A stretch of DNA of 35,922 nt from a bacterium (GTDB lineage Bacteria > SAR324 > JACQKK01), in assembly GCA_041477795.1 (NCBI GenBank), contig JBGOUY010000003.1, positions 1-35,922 of the forward strand, given 5' to 3'. The notes below the pieces were generated by a model. It was not told the DNA's origin. It saw only the letters and a list, made by a program, of their open reading frames with translations, and did not search any database. The translations under genes were made by a program, and so were the position numbers. Positions 8,950-18,676 of this stretch are shown piece by piece. Numbering within the stretch: position 1 is the first letter of the stretch; every line of letters begins with the position of its first letter.

Positions 8950-9971
8950 GAGCACTTTTGATTTAAGTGATGCCATATCCCGAGGAGTGAAAGTAGTTGC
9001 GGCATTCCGCAGGGGTGATTGTTGAAAGCAACTCGCCGATTTCCGTCCAGAGCGCGTCGACGGTGCGTTTGGCGGCCTTGCGCAGTAGGGCTTTGAGTTG
9101 GGCGAAGAACTTTTCAATGGGATTGAGATCTGGTGAATAGGGCGGGAGATGGACGAGCTGCGCGCCGACTGCCTCGATTGCTTCGGTGACGCCAGCTACC
9201 TTGTGACTGCTCAGGTTGTCGGCAATCACGAGGTCGCCTGGCTTGAGAGTCGGGCAAAGGAACTCCCGCACATAGGCAAGAAACAGCGCGCCGTCCATCG
9301 GCCCATCGGCAACCATGGGCGCGGTGAGCCGGTCGTGACGAAGCCCGGCAACGAACGTCGTTGTCTTCCAATGTCCATGAGGAGCGGCGGCGACGCAGCG
9401 TTTTCCGGTTTCAGCCCGCCCGTAGCGTCGCGTCATGTTCGTTGCGGTGGACGTTTCATCGAGGAACACCAGTCTCTCGGCGTCGAGCGAGGGCTGGCTT
9501 TGTTTCCATTCGCGCCGCGCCTTCTGCACGTCCGGCCGTTCTTGCTCGCTCGCGTGCAGAGTTTTTTTTATAGCTCAAGCCCCATTTGTTCAGTTGATGC
9601 CACAACGCCGGAACTTTGATGGCCACCCCGTTCTCGCTAGCCAAACGCTCGCACATCTCGGCCAACGTCACATCTGGCTTGTCCGCGATCCAGGCGCGAA
9701 GCACGGCTTCCAAAGGGGCCACGAGCGATCTTCGATGACCACCAATCGGAAGGCTGGTTCGCCTCCCTTCCGCCTGAAGCTGTCTGCGGACTTGATGCAC
9801 CCATCCGCGACTGACTTCAAACCGGCTCGCGATGTCCGTCGGGCGTTCACCACGCTCCAATGCGTGAAGCACTCGGTCTCTCAAATCCTGAGAATAAGCG
9901 CGCATCTGCTGCCCCTCCTCTGGGCAAGGGCAGCATAGCACAAAATGTATACACTTAAATCAAAAACGCTC
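8950..9971 (-). mobile_element. IS630-family insertion sequence, complete
   Basis: 20-bp terminal inverted repeats (GAGCACTTTTGATTTAAGTG at 8950-8969; 9952-9971; 18/20 match), duplicated TA (8948-8949, 9972-9973) in CTAG context, and an internal transposase. Confidence 0.93.
8963..9905 (-). CDS. IS630 transposase split over two frames at an A8 run (HTH + DDE)
   Basis: MRAYSQDLRDRVL...WGLSYKK, then after the shift TLHASEQERPDV...VFLDET...IADNLSSHK...LPPYSPDLNPIEKFF. A8 tract corresponds to plus-strand T8 at 9562-9569. Confidence 0.9.
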
Positions 9972-9974
9972 TAG

Positions 9975-10138
9975 CGGTCTGCTCCCGGAATCCCGATCCG
10001 GTCCGGATGCGAATGTTCCGGCATGATCGATCCCGGACGACAGGGAGGATCGACCTTGAAGAAGAAGCGCTTCACGGAAGAGCCGATCGCCTTTGCCCTG
10101 CGGCAGGCGGAATCAGGGACGGGGGTGGCGCAGATCTA
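9975..10138 (+). pseudogene. IS3-family remnant (left end and truncated orfA)
   Basis: GGGAGG RBS, then TTG at 10056: LKKKRFTEEPIAFALRQAESGTGVAQI, the typical IS3/IS407 OrfA start. Similarity ends after about 27 codons. Confidence 0.75.
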
Positions 10139-10409
10139 CCCTCCTGAACCAGTCAGTGAATCACGGGATGCCCAAACAAATGCGCCAACCGCACAAGGTA
10201 ACCAGCAGGCCCATCTCGGCTTGCAACGGCCCCACCCAATCCCTGCGTAAGGCCTGCCCAGCGCCGATCCAAGACGGGTCTGCTTCGTCCTGGTGAGCAC
10301 CCACTGGAAGAGCGGGATTATTTTAGAAAGGTGGTGAGCGATCTCCTGCCAACGAAAGTGCGCAAACGAGCGTTCGGTGTTTGGGATCCGTGCTGCGGCA
10401 GTGGCCGGA

Positions 10410-11243
10410 CTATTCCTTGGTGGCGCCGGCGGTCAGCCCAGCCACCAGGTACTTCTGCATGGCGATGACGAATACCAGGATCGGCACGATCTGGAGGGTC
10501 GCCGCGGCGAACAGCGGCCCCCAGTTCACCCCCGTCACCGATCCCAGCATCTCGCTGATGATGAGCGGCGCGGTCTTGGCGTTGCTGGAGGTGAAGATGA
10601 ACGCAAACAGGAATTCGTTCCACGAGTATGCCAGCACGAACACGGCCGCGGCGAGCACCCCCTGCAGCGCCAGCGGCAGCGTGACCAGGGTCAGCGTCTG
10701 GGTCAGCGAGGCGCCATCCACGAATGCGGCCTCTTCCATGCTCCGGGGGATCTGATCGATGCAGGCCTTCATGATCCAGGTGCTCAGGCTGACGTAAAAC
10801 GTGGAGTACAAAACGATCAGCAGGATGTGCGTATCGATGAGGCCCAGGTAATTGAGCGCCGGGAACAGCGGGATGGTGATGATGATGGGCGGCAGCATGC
10901 GGATCACGATCATGAAGAACGCGCTCGTCGTCAGCAACCGATTGCGGTAGCGCGAGTACACGTAGCCCGCCATGGTCGTCACCACCAGGGTCAGCAGCGT
11001 GGCCCCAATGGTGATCACCAGACTGTTGAAGAGCTTGCCGAAGAATTCCGGCCACTCGCGGTACAAGGTGACGTAGTTATCCAGCGTCGGCATGAAGACG
11101 AAGCGGGGCGGGAACTCGAAGATGTCCGCGGTGCGCTTGAACGAGGAGATCAGCACCAGCAGGATCGGGAAGCCGGACCACGCGGCCACGAGCAGCGCCA
11201 GCAGCAGCTTGACCCCTGTGCCAATGAGCCGCTTAGTCTTCAT
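10410..11243 (-). CDS. Carbohydrate (CUT1) ABC transporter permease, MalG-like
   Basis: EAA loop IPRSMEEAAFVDGAS, SWNEFLFA, QKYLVAGLTAGATK. Confidence 0.92.
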   Translation of the reverse strand: MKTKRLIGTGVKLLLALLVAAWSGFPILLVLISSFKRTADIFEFPPRFVFMPTLDNYVTLYREWPEFFGKLFNSLVITIGATLLTLVVTTMAGYVYSRYRNRLLTTSAFFMIVIRMLPPIIITIPLFPALNYLGLIDTHILLIVLYSTFYVSLSTWIMKACIDQIPRSMEEAAFVDGASLTQTLTLVTLPLALQGVLAAAVFVLAYSWNEFLFAFIFTSSNAKTAPLIISEMLGSVTGVNWGPLFAAATLQIVPILVFVIAMQKYLVAGLTAGATKE

Positions 11244-12102
11244 AGACGAACATCCTCTTGTACATGAGCCGGAAGTAGTACGCGGCGATCAGCAAGGTGG
11301 CCAACAGCATCGCCCAACCGGTCGCCGAGGCCACCCCGAACTCGTGGTACCGGAAGCCGTAGCGGTACAGGTAGATGGCCAGCGTCTCCGTCTTCCAGAC
11401 GGGTCCGCCCTTGGTGAGGATCCACACCTCGGAGAAGATGCGGAAAGCCACCACATAGCGGAACATCAGCGCTATGAAGATCGAAGGCATGATCACCGGA
11501 ACCGTGATGCGCCGGAAGATTTGCAGCGAGTTGGCGCCGTCCACCCGCGCGGCCTCAAACATCACCGTGGGAATGGCCAGGATCGCCGAATAGGTGATGA
11601 CGAACGTGAACGGCGTGTGCATCCAGATGCTGAGCAGGATGATCACCACCAGCCCGTGCGTCGGATTGATCGTCCACTCCAGTTGCCTCAAGCCAAGCCA
11701 GGTGAGGGCGTAGTTCAGCACACCCACGTCCGGCTCCAGCATGTACTTCCACATCAGCACGCCCAGCACCGGGCTGATCGCGTACGGCGCCAGGACGATG
11801 GAGATCAGCACGCGGCGGAACGGCACTCCGCTGGCGAACAGCACGGCGATGGCCAGGCCCAACGCCAGTTCCCCGTACACCACCGCGTTGACGACGATGA
11901 AGGTATTGAGGAACGCCCTCCAAAACTGGGGGTCCGTGACGATGAACGCGTAGTTCTGCCAGCCGACGAAGGACGTATCCAGCCCAAAGGTGGACTGGTT
12001 GAAGCTGAGCCAGCCCACATAGGCGGTTGGGGCGAGGATGATCACCACCAGCATCGATTGCACCGGCGCAATCATCAGGTAATGCGGCCAGCGGATCTTC
12101 AA
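11233..12102 (-). CDS. Carbohydrate (CUT1) ABC transporter permease, MalF-like
   Basis: FVGWQNY, W..TPF, EAARVDGAN, TKGGP...TETLAIYLYR. Start set at TTG 12102 behind a GGAG-rich RBS (uncertain). Confidence 0.88.
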   Translation of the reverse strand: MKIRWPHYLMIAPVQSMLVVIILAPTAYVGWLSFNQSTFGLDTSFVGWQNYAFIVTDPQFWRAFLNTFIVVNAVVYGELALGLAIAVLFASGVPFRRVLISIVLAPYAISPVLGVLMWKYMLEPDVGVLNYALTWLGLRQLEWTINPTHGLVVIILLSIWMHTPFTFVITYSAILAIPTVMFEAARVDGANSLQIFRRITVPVIMPSIFIALMFRYVVAFRIFSEVWILTKGGPVWKTETLAIYLYRYGFRYHEFGVASATGWAMLLATLLIAAYYFRLMYKRMFVYED

Positions 12103-12265
12103 GCTCCACTCCTCCACGATTCGCGCTGCCCCCACAGCCCGCAAGGCCGGGCGGCACGCTGCGCCTGCCGTCCAGCCGGAGCGCTCGTCGGATGGCCAGA
12201 GGGGCCGGGCGGGGTGCACCCGCTACCACGGCTGCAACCCGCGCTGGCAGGCTCGGCACGCGAGG

Positions 12266-13573
12266 CTACTTGGGCAACATCGGGGCGACGCGTCGGGCCA
12301 GGTCATCCATGGCCTGCTGGGGCGTCTTGAAGCCCAGTATCGCCGCCTGGGTTTCCTCGGCGAACATGTCCTGGGCCTTGGGCGCACCGTCGAAGGGGGG
12401 CAGCGGCACCCGGCCAACCTTGAGCACCTTGCGTTCCTCCTGGGCGTAGCTGAGCTTGCCGGCAAAGCGCGGGTCGTCATAGGTGGAGTTGCGCGTGGGG
12501 CCGTTGCCGTTCAGGGCCGCCCGCAGCGTGACATCCTTGGAGGCCATGGACTTGATGAAGCTCCAGGCCAGCTTCTTGTCCGGGTAGTTCTTGGGGATCA
12601 CCATGGACCAGAATTCGACCTTGGCCGGCGCCACCGCGTACTTGCCTTGCAGTTCCCTGGAAATGGGGATGTTCGTGACTTTGATCTGGCCAGGGAATTT
12701 GGATTGCTTGGGGTCGTTGTAGAATTGCGTGCGCCCCATCCCGCCCAGCGCCATGGCCGCCCGCCCGGTCTGGATCCAGGTATTGATGTCCTCGGTCTCG
12801 ATGGTCGGGAAGGCCTTGGGAATGGCCCCGGCCTCGTACAGCTCGCGCAGGACGGTCACGGCGCGCACCATCGGCGGCTCGTTGCAGCGCACCTTGTAGT
12901 TCAGATCGATGAAGTCGCCATCCCAGGCCCGCGCCAGGTCCACCGTGTTGGTATAGATCACGGGGCCATTGATGACGAATCCGTACACCTTCGAGCCGTC
13001 GGCACGCGTATAGGTGAGCTTCTTGGCATCCTCCACCAACTCTTCCACCGTCGCCGGAGGCCGGGCGATGCCGCGCTCCTTGAACAACGCCTCGTTGTAA
13101 TGGAGGCCAGAGGTGGAGTGGCGGAACGGGATACCGTAGAGTTTACCGTTCACCGTCATCGCCTGCACCATGCCGGGGAAGAAGTCCTGGAAGTCTTCGA
13201 TGGGATCGGACTTCATCAGGTCGTTCAACGGCTCGAACTGTTCGAACACCGCAGGCACGGCACTGGTGTTAAGCAGGAAAGCGACCCCCACCGTTGTCTG
13301 GGAGAGACTTCCCTCGCGGAACAGGCGCTCGTGCAGCGGACCGGTGGAAAACGTCTGCCACTCGACCTCCACCCCGGTTTTCTGGCTCCATTCCTTGGCG
13401 ACGTCCCCGCCTTCGCCTTCGGTGGCGACGATCTTGTGCACCCGATGGGCCAGGACGATCAGCTTCTTTTGCGCATACAGCGAAGGCGCGGCCAGCAGCG
13501 CGAGCGCCAGCAGGAGCGCGAGTGCCCCCAAGGCATTGGCCCAGTGGGGGCGTTGAGCAGCATGCCGTTCCAT
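12266..13573 (-). CDS. Sugar-type ABC substrate-binding protein (SBP_bac_1/8)
   Basis: Signal peptide (LGALALLLALALLAAPSLYA-Q), NGKLYGIPF, LHYNEALF, TPQQAMDD. Start MERHAAQ. Confidence 0.88.
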   Translation of the reverse strand: MERHAAQRPHWANALGALALLLALALLAAPSLYAQKKLIVLAHRVHKIVATEGEGGDVAKEWSQKTGVEVEWQTFSTGPLHERLFREGSLSQTTVGVAFLLNTSAVPAVFEQFEPLNDLMKSDPIEDFQDFFPGMVQAMTVNGKLYGIPFRHSTSGLHYNEALFKERGIARPPATVEELVEDAKKLTYTRADGSKVYGFVINGPVIYTNTVDLARAWDGDFIDLNYKVRCNEPPMVRAVTVLRELYEAGAIPKAFPTIETEDINTWIQTGRAAMALGGMGRTQFYNDPKQSKFPGQIKVTNIPISRELQGKYAVAPAKVEFWSMVIPKNYPDKKLAWSFIKSMASKDVTLRAALNGNGPTRNSTYDDPRFAGKLSYAQEERKVLKVGRVPLPPFDGAPKAQDMFAEETQAAILGFKTPQQAMDDLARRVAPMLPK

Positions 13574-13689
13574 GATCGTATGCTCCCAGATTAGAACGAG
13601 TGAACGAACGCGGTTCGACGCGCGCAACCGCGAATCGGCCCCCCACTTGCCAGCGGCTGATGGCGGATTCGATCGCCCCTGCACGGCGG

Positions 13690-15093
13690 CTACACGATGG
13701 CCCCCTGCTCGCGCAGGCGCTCGCGCAGCAACCGTGCATCCAGACTTGCCACCAGGTGGTCCTGTTGCACCGACAGCGCCGCCGCCAGGCCTGCGGCCTG
13801 CCCGGTGGCGTAGCAGGGGGGAATCACCCGCGCCGAGGCGGCGGCCTCGTGCGTGGCGGAAATCGGCCGCCCGGCCACCAGGAGGTTCTTGACCCGGACC
13901 GGCACCAGACAGCGGTAGGGAATATCGTAAAAGGCCGGGGCGGTGGGCTTCACCTGCCGCTCGGTATCCGCGGCCGAATTGCCGAGGCCGATCAGCTTGC
14001 CGCGCGAGCCCGTCGGATCGTGGATGTCGATGGGATAGGCACAGCGCGCGATGGCGTCTTCGAAGCGCCGACCCGCCAGCACATCCTCGCCGGTCAGCGT
14101 ATAGAGGCCCTGGATGTGCCGGGTCTCGCGGATGCCGACCTGCGCAGCCATTTCCAGCAGCGTGACGTTTTCCAGTCCCGGACAATTCGCCTTCATGAAT
14201 CGGAATACCGCGAGCCCTTGCCGACGTCCCTCGATCTCAGCGCGCGAGAGGTCGTCCGGGTTGGTGCCGTCGATGTCGTGCAGGCGGGTGATGTTGACGC
14301 GGTACTCGCCCGGAGTCGGCTCGCGGTACAGGTTCAGGTACTCACGCGGGATATCCCAGCGGCCCTCGGCGCGCGCCTGACGAACGATGCCTTCGAACAG
14401 CCGCTCGCCCGGATGCGCCCGGGCGTACTGTTCCAGCCGGGCATCGTCCACGTTGCCGAAGCGCATGAACAGGGTGGCGGGCATCATCTTGCCGTCGGAG
14501 GATCGCCCCTTGCTGTAGGGCACGCCGGCATTGGCCGCCACGTCCGCATCCGCGGAGGCGTCCACGAAGTTGCGCGCGCGGATCAGGCTCAGGCCGGCCT
14601 TGTTGTGCACCACGATGCCTTCGATGCGTTCGGCGTCCAGCAGGGCGTGCACGAAGGAGGTGTGGAACAGGATGCGCACGCCGGCGCCCTGCACCAGCTC
14701 CATGGCCGCCAGCTTCAGCGCCTCGGGGTGGAACGGAGTGACATGGGCGTGGCCCAGCTCGATGAAGGCCGAGTACGCCGAGCCCGCCTCGGTGCGGGCG
14801 GGATCGATGGCGCCCCCCAGCTCCACCATGCGGTCGATCATCTCCTGGAAGACGCCCCCCACGACGCGCTGCGTGCCGTCCGCGGAGTAGCTGGTCATGA
14901 ACGGCCCCACCATACCGGCCGTGGAGGTGCCCCCAAGGAAGCCGTAGCGCTCGACCAGGATCGTATGGGCGCCCGCGCGGGACGCGGCGATGCTCGCGGC
15001 GATGCCGGATGAGCCGCCGCCCACGATGCAGACGTCGCACTCCGCCACGACGGGGATGTCGAATGCGAGGTGCACCTTGCGGGGCGCGGTCAC
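13690..15093 (-). CDS. FAD-dependent oxidoreductase (FAD_oxidored/PF12831-like)
   Basis: DVCIVGGGSSGIAASIAA, ERYGFLGGTST, VDASADAD, GIRETR, YDIPYRCLVP..NLLVAGR, ATGQAAG. Confidence 0.9.
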   Translation of the reverse strand: MTAPRKVHLAFDIPVVAECDVCIVGGGSSGIAASIAASRAGAHTILVERYGFLGGTSTAGMVGPFMTSYSADGTQRVVGGVFQEMIDRMVELGGAIDPARTEAGSAYSAFIELGHAHVTPFHPEALKLAAMELVQGAGVRILFHTSFVHALLDAERIEGIVVHNKAGLSLIRARNFVDASADADVAANAGVPYSKGRSSDGKMMPATLFMRFGNVDDARLEQYARAHPGERLFEGIVRQARAEGRWDIPREYLNLYREPTPGEYRVNITRLHDIDGTNPDDLSRAEIEGRRQGLAVFRFMKANCPGLENVTLLEMAAQVGIRETRHIQGLYTLTGEDVLAGRRFEDAIARCAYPIDIHDPTGSRGKLIGLGNSAADTERQVKPTAPAFYDIPYRCLVPVRVKNLLVAGRPISATHEAAASARVIPPCYATGQAAGLAAALSVQQDHLVASLDARLLRERLREQGAIV

Positions 15094-15657
15094 GGGCAGC
15101 CCTTTCCAGGAGGAAACCGAGCAGTGCGCTCAGAGCCGCGGGGGCTCCGGGCCGGTCGCAATGGCTGCAGGGCCTCCATTCATCATGGCACAACTCCGCG
15201 CCCCGCGACGAGTGCGCGCCCCCGCAGCGACCCCTGCCCACTCCTGCCTCACGAAGTCCGATCAGGCGCTTGCCAGGGAGGGAGCCTCTCGAACGCGAAT
15301 CGCTTCGCGACACCGCTCTGCATGGACCTTGTGCGGGCTCCTGCAACGCGGCTCCGCCGGAGGGCAGCAGGACAGCGGCGACGGTGGCGGCAGACGACCA
15401 CCGCGCCAAAAGGTCGTGGAAGCCGGTGGCAAGAATCACCGCTACGCGCCGTCACAAGCGGCGCCTGAGCGGATTCCAACTGAGCAGATCCGAACCGGGT
15501 CGGGCCGAATGCAGTATCCAGCCGGTGCACTCGCAGAACCGCTCGCTCCCGAAAGCTCGCAGACCGTTGAACTTGAATGCCGGGCTGCGGCGGGCCGTCC
15601 AGTGCTCCAGATCCTGGGTGATCCGCAGAAGCTGCCAGCCCCTGTTTCCGCGACCGG

Positions 15658-16638
15658 CTAGTCCCCGGCAGCCTTCGCGGCCGGCTTGCGCTCGCCCCGG
15701 TTGCGCGGATCGTACATGCCAAGCGAGTTGTCGTAGGCCGCCAACTTCGCCGGATCGAGGTATTTGCGTTCCCACTCGGTGACCTTGGCGAAGCCGGTCA
15801 GGTCGAAGATGCCGAAGCCGGCCAGCGGGTGATCCTGCCGGCCCTGGAACAGCCCGGTCAGGGCGTCCGTGCCGTGCTGCTTGAACTCCACCAGGAAGTC
15901 GTAGATGGCCATGGAGCCGAGTTGGCTGGGGAAGCAGCTCAGCAGCACCAGGCCGAACGAGCGGATCTCCTCCGCCGTGAGCGGGGGCTTGATCGCCATC
16001 GTGGTGGCCTTCAGCCACGTGTCCGGGAAGGCTTGGCGCACGGTGCGCAGCTCCTCGCGGGACTGCAGCGCCTCGACGTAGAGGATGTCCACGCCCGCCT
16101 GAAGATACGCCGCCCCGCGCCGCAGCACCTCCGCCAGGCTGCCGCCCACGGCTCCGCGGGCATCGGTGCGCGCCATGAGGATGAAATCGGGGTCCAGCGC
16201 ATCGCGCACGTCCACGGCCGCGCGGTACTTGCCGGCGGCCTCCTCCAGGGAGATCAGCTCCTTGCCTTTCACGAAGCCGCAGCGCTTCGGGGCCACCTGA
16301 TCCTCGATGAACAGCCCGGCTGCGCCGGCGCGGATGACGGACTCCACCGTGCGGCGCACGTTGATGGCGTTGCCGAAGCCCGTGTCGCAGTCCACGGTGA
16401 CGGGGATCTCCACCGCGCGGCAGATGCGCTCCACGTTCTCCACCAGCTCGGTCAGGGTGAGGAAGCCCGCATCGGGCAACCCCAGGATATGGGCGCTGGT
16501 GAGCGCACCGGAGATGCCCACGACCGTGTGCCCGGCCTTTTGGGCGAGCTGGGCGTGATGGGCCGTGCCGACTGCGATGGAATCCCGCGCTGCGCCCGCC
16601 TGCAACAGCTCGCGCAGCATCGTGCTCTTGCGTTTCAT
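15658..16638 (-). CDS. Isocitrate lyase/PEP mutase superfamily C-C lyase (PrpB/2,3-dimethylmalate lyase-like), paralog 1
   Basis: LGLPDAG, VDCDTGFGNAINVRRTV, IEDQVAPKRCGF, ARTDAR. Start MKRKST. Confidence 0.88.
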   Translation of the reverse strand: MKRKSTMLRELLQAGAARDSIAVGTAHHAQLAQKAGHTVVGISGALTSAHILGLPDAGFLTLTELVENVERICRAVEIPVTVDCDTGFGNAINVRRTVESVIRAGAAGLFIEDQVAPKRCGFVKGKELISLEEAAGKYRAAVDVRDALDPDFILMARTDARGAVGGSLAEVLRRGAAYLQAGVDILYVEALQSREELRTVRQAFPDTWLKATTMAIKPPLTAEEIRSFGLVLLSCFPSQLGSMAIYDFLVEFKQHGTDALTGLFQGRQDHPLAGFGIFDLTGFAKVTEWERKYLDPAKLAAYDNSLGMYDPRNRGERKPAAKAAGD

Positions 16639-16785
16639 GGGATGTCGCCTCTTGCGCCAAAGGGTTGACTGCCGGCGGAGCCTTGGGATCGTCCGCCGCG
16701 CGGGCGTCCGGGGGCCGGGGCCAATGGTGCCGTCCGGGCCGCGCCCGCCCCGCGCAGGCTCCGTGTGCCGCAAGCCGGGGGCAAG

Positions 16786-17295
16786 TCAGGCCCGCGGCGC
16801 GGCGGAGGCGCCTTCCTGCCGCAGCAGCTCCAGGATGCCCCCGCTCTCCACGATGTGAATCAGGTCGGCCGGCAGCGGATGGCCCGCCAGCTCCGTTCCG
16901 CGCGTCAGGTTGCGCACGCGCGAGCCGTTGAAATCCAGCTCCAGCTCGTCGCCCTCCTCGAACGCCTGCGCGACCCCCTTGCAGATCAGCACGGGGAAGG
17001 CGATGGCGATGCTGTTGCGGAAGAAGATGCGCCCGAACGATTCGGCCACCACGCAGCCGATGCCCATCCGCTTCAGGTTCGCCGGAGCGCTCTCGCGGCT
17101 CGAGCCGCAGCCAAAGTTGGCGTCCGCCACGATCACGTCGCCCGGCCGGTGCTCACGGGGAAAGCGCGGGTGGATGTGCAGGATGGTCTTCTGCATCTCC
17201 TCCCAGTCCAGGTTCTGGCTGAAGCTGGGGGCCATGTAGTCCGTATTGATGTCAGGGCCGAACTTCCAGACCCTGCCCTTGATCCGAATCGGCAT
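16786..17295 (-). CDS. 3-isopropylmalate dehydratase-like small subunit (LeuD/HacB/DmdB type)
   Basis: GRVWKFGPDINTD, NFGCGSSRESA, AESFGRIFFRN, ESGGIL. Start MPIRIKG behind AGGAG. Confidence 0.9.
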   Translation of the reverse strand: MPIRIKGRVWKFGPDINTDYMAPSFSQNLDWEEMQKTILHIHPRFPREHRPGDVIVADANFGCGSSRESAPANLKRMGIGCVVAESFGRIFFRNSIAIAFPVLICKGVAQAFEEGDELELDFNGSRVRNLTRGTELAGHPLPADLIHIVESGGILELLRQEGASAAPRA

Positions 17296-17348
17296 GGAGT
17301 GGCTCCTGGATCGGGCTCCCGCGCTGCGCGCGGGGATGCCGCGCGCCG

Positions 17349-18611
17349 TCAGGGGAGGTATTTGCGTGGGTCCGCGATGCGACCCTCGATGGCCGAGGCC
17401 GCGACGGTTTCCGGCGAGGCCAGGTAGTTGAAACTCTCTGTGCTGCCCATGCGGCCCTTGAAGTTGCGGTTGGTGCAGGCGATGCCGTTCTCGCCGGGCC
17501 CCAGCACGCCGGTCGAGCCGCCGCCGCAGGGGCCGCAACCCGGCGTGGCGATCATGGCCCCGGCTTCGGCCAGGATCTGGATCACGCCGTTGCGAGTCGA
17601 GTTGATCAGCACCTCGCGCGAGCCGGGAATCACCAGCAGGCGGGTGCCGGGGTGCACCTTGCGGCCCTTGAGGATAGAGGCCGCCCGCTCCAGGTCCTCC
17701 GTGCGCGAGTTGGTGCACGAACCGATGAAGGCCTGGTCGATGCGGATCTCGCCGACCTGGGAGATGGGCTTCACGTGGTCCGGGTTGTGCGGCAGGGCCA
17801 CCTGGGGCTCCATGCCGGTGACGTCCAGCGTGTGCACGGCCAGGTAGCTCGCGTCCGCGTCCGGGCCGAAGGGCCGCACCGGCTCGGGGCTGCGCCCGCG
17901 CAAGTAGGCCACCGTCTTCTCGTCGGCCGCGAAGAAGGCGAACTTCGCCCCCATCTCCACGCCCATGTTGCTCATCGTCATGCGGCCATCCACGCTCATT
18001 GCCGAGGCGACTGCACCGCCAAACTCGACGGCTTTGTACTGCGCCACCTCCGCGGTGTGCTCACCCATCAGGCGCAGCATCACGTCCTTGGAAGTGATGC
18101 CCTTGCCCAACTTGCCGCGCAGCTCGAAGCGGATGGTCTCGGGCACCTGGAACCAGAGCTGGCCCTTGCACATGGCATAGGCCAGCTCGGAGAAGCCCAG
18201 GCCACAGGAGGCGGCGCCTAGCGCACCGTAGGTGGTGGTGTGGGAGTCCCCCCCGACGATCAGCCTGCCGGGCAACGCGTGCCCCTTCTCCGGCAGCACG
18301 GTGTGGCAGATGCCTTCGCCGGCATCGTAGAAATGGCGGATGCCCAGCTTGCTCACGTAGCCCCGGATGCGCTTCTGGATCTCCGCATCCAGCACGGTCA
18401 TCGCCGGCACACGGTGGTCGGTGATGACCACGATGCGATCGGGATGGGCCACGCGCTCGATGCCGATATTCATCAGGTATTCGTAGGCCTTGGGGAACGA
18501 GCGGTCGTGCCCCATGATCACGTCGATCTCCGCCGTGACGAACTCGCCGGGGCGGACCGTGCGCCGGCCGGATGCGCGGGCCAGGATCTTCTCAGCCATC
18601 GTCATGCCCAT
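17349..18611 (-). CDS. 3-isopropylmalate dehydratase-like large subunit (LeuC/HacA/DmdA type, [4Fe-4S])
   Basis: MGMTMAEKILA, GHD, DSHTTTYGALG, IGSCTN, CGPC, TNRNFKGRMG. Confidence 0.9.
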   Translation of the reverse strand: MGMTMAEKILARASGRRTVRPGEFVTAEIDVIMGHDRSFPKAYEYLMNIGIERVAHPDRIVVITDHRVPAMTVLDAEIQKRIRGYVSKLGIRHFYDAGEGICHTVLPEKGHALPGRLIVGGDSHTTTYGALGAASCGLGFSELAYAMCKGQLWFQVPETIRFELRGKLGKGITSKDVMLRLMGEHTAEVAQYKAVEFGGAVASAMSVDGRMTMSNMGVEMGAKFAFFAADEKTVAYLRGRSPEPVRPFGPDADASYLAVHTLDVTGMEPQVALPHNPDHVKPISQVGEIRIDQAFIGSCTNSRTEDLERAASILKGRKVHPGTRLLVIPGSREVLINSTRNGVIQILAEAGAMIATPGCGPCGGGSTGVLGPGENGIACTNRNFKGRMGSTESFNYLASPETVAASAIEGRIADPRKYLP

Positions 18612-18676
18612 GGGCACCTCCAGTGGAAGCTGGGCGTCGGACTCCGGCGAGCGGGCTGCGCCGGGGCCGGCACGGC

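Noticed and set aside
10139-10409. Possible small gene between the IS3 stub and the permease
   Set aside because: No recognisable motif, RBS or coding-like composition in the frames examined.
17313-17341. GGGCTCCCGCGCTGCGCGCGGGGATGCCG resembles a type I-E CRISPR repeat
   Set aside because: Single copy with no spacer periodicity; adequately explained as a GC-rich intergenic hairpin.
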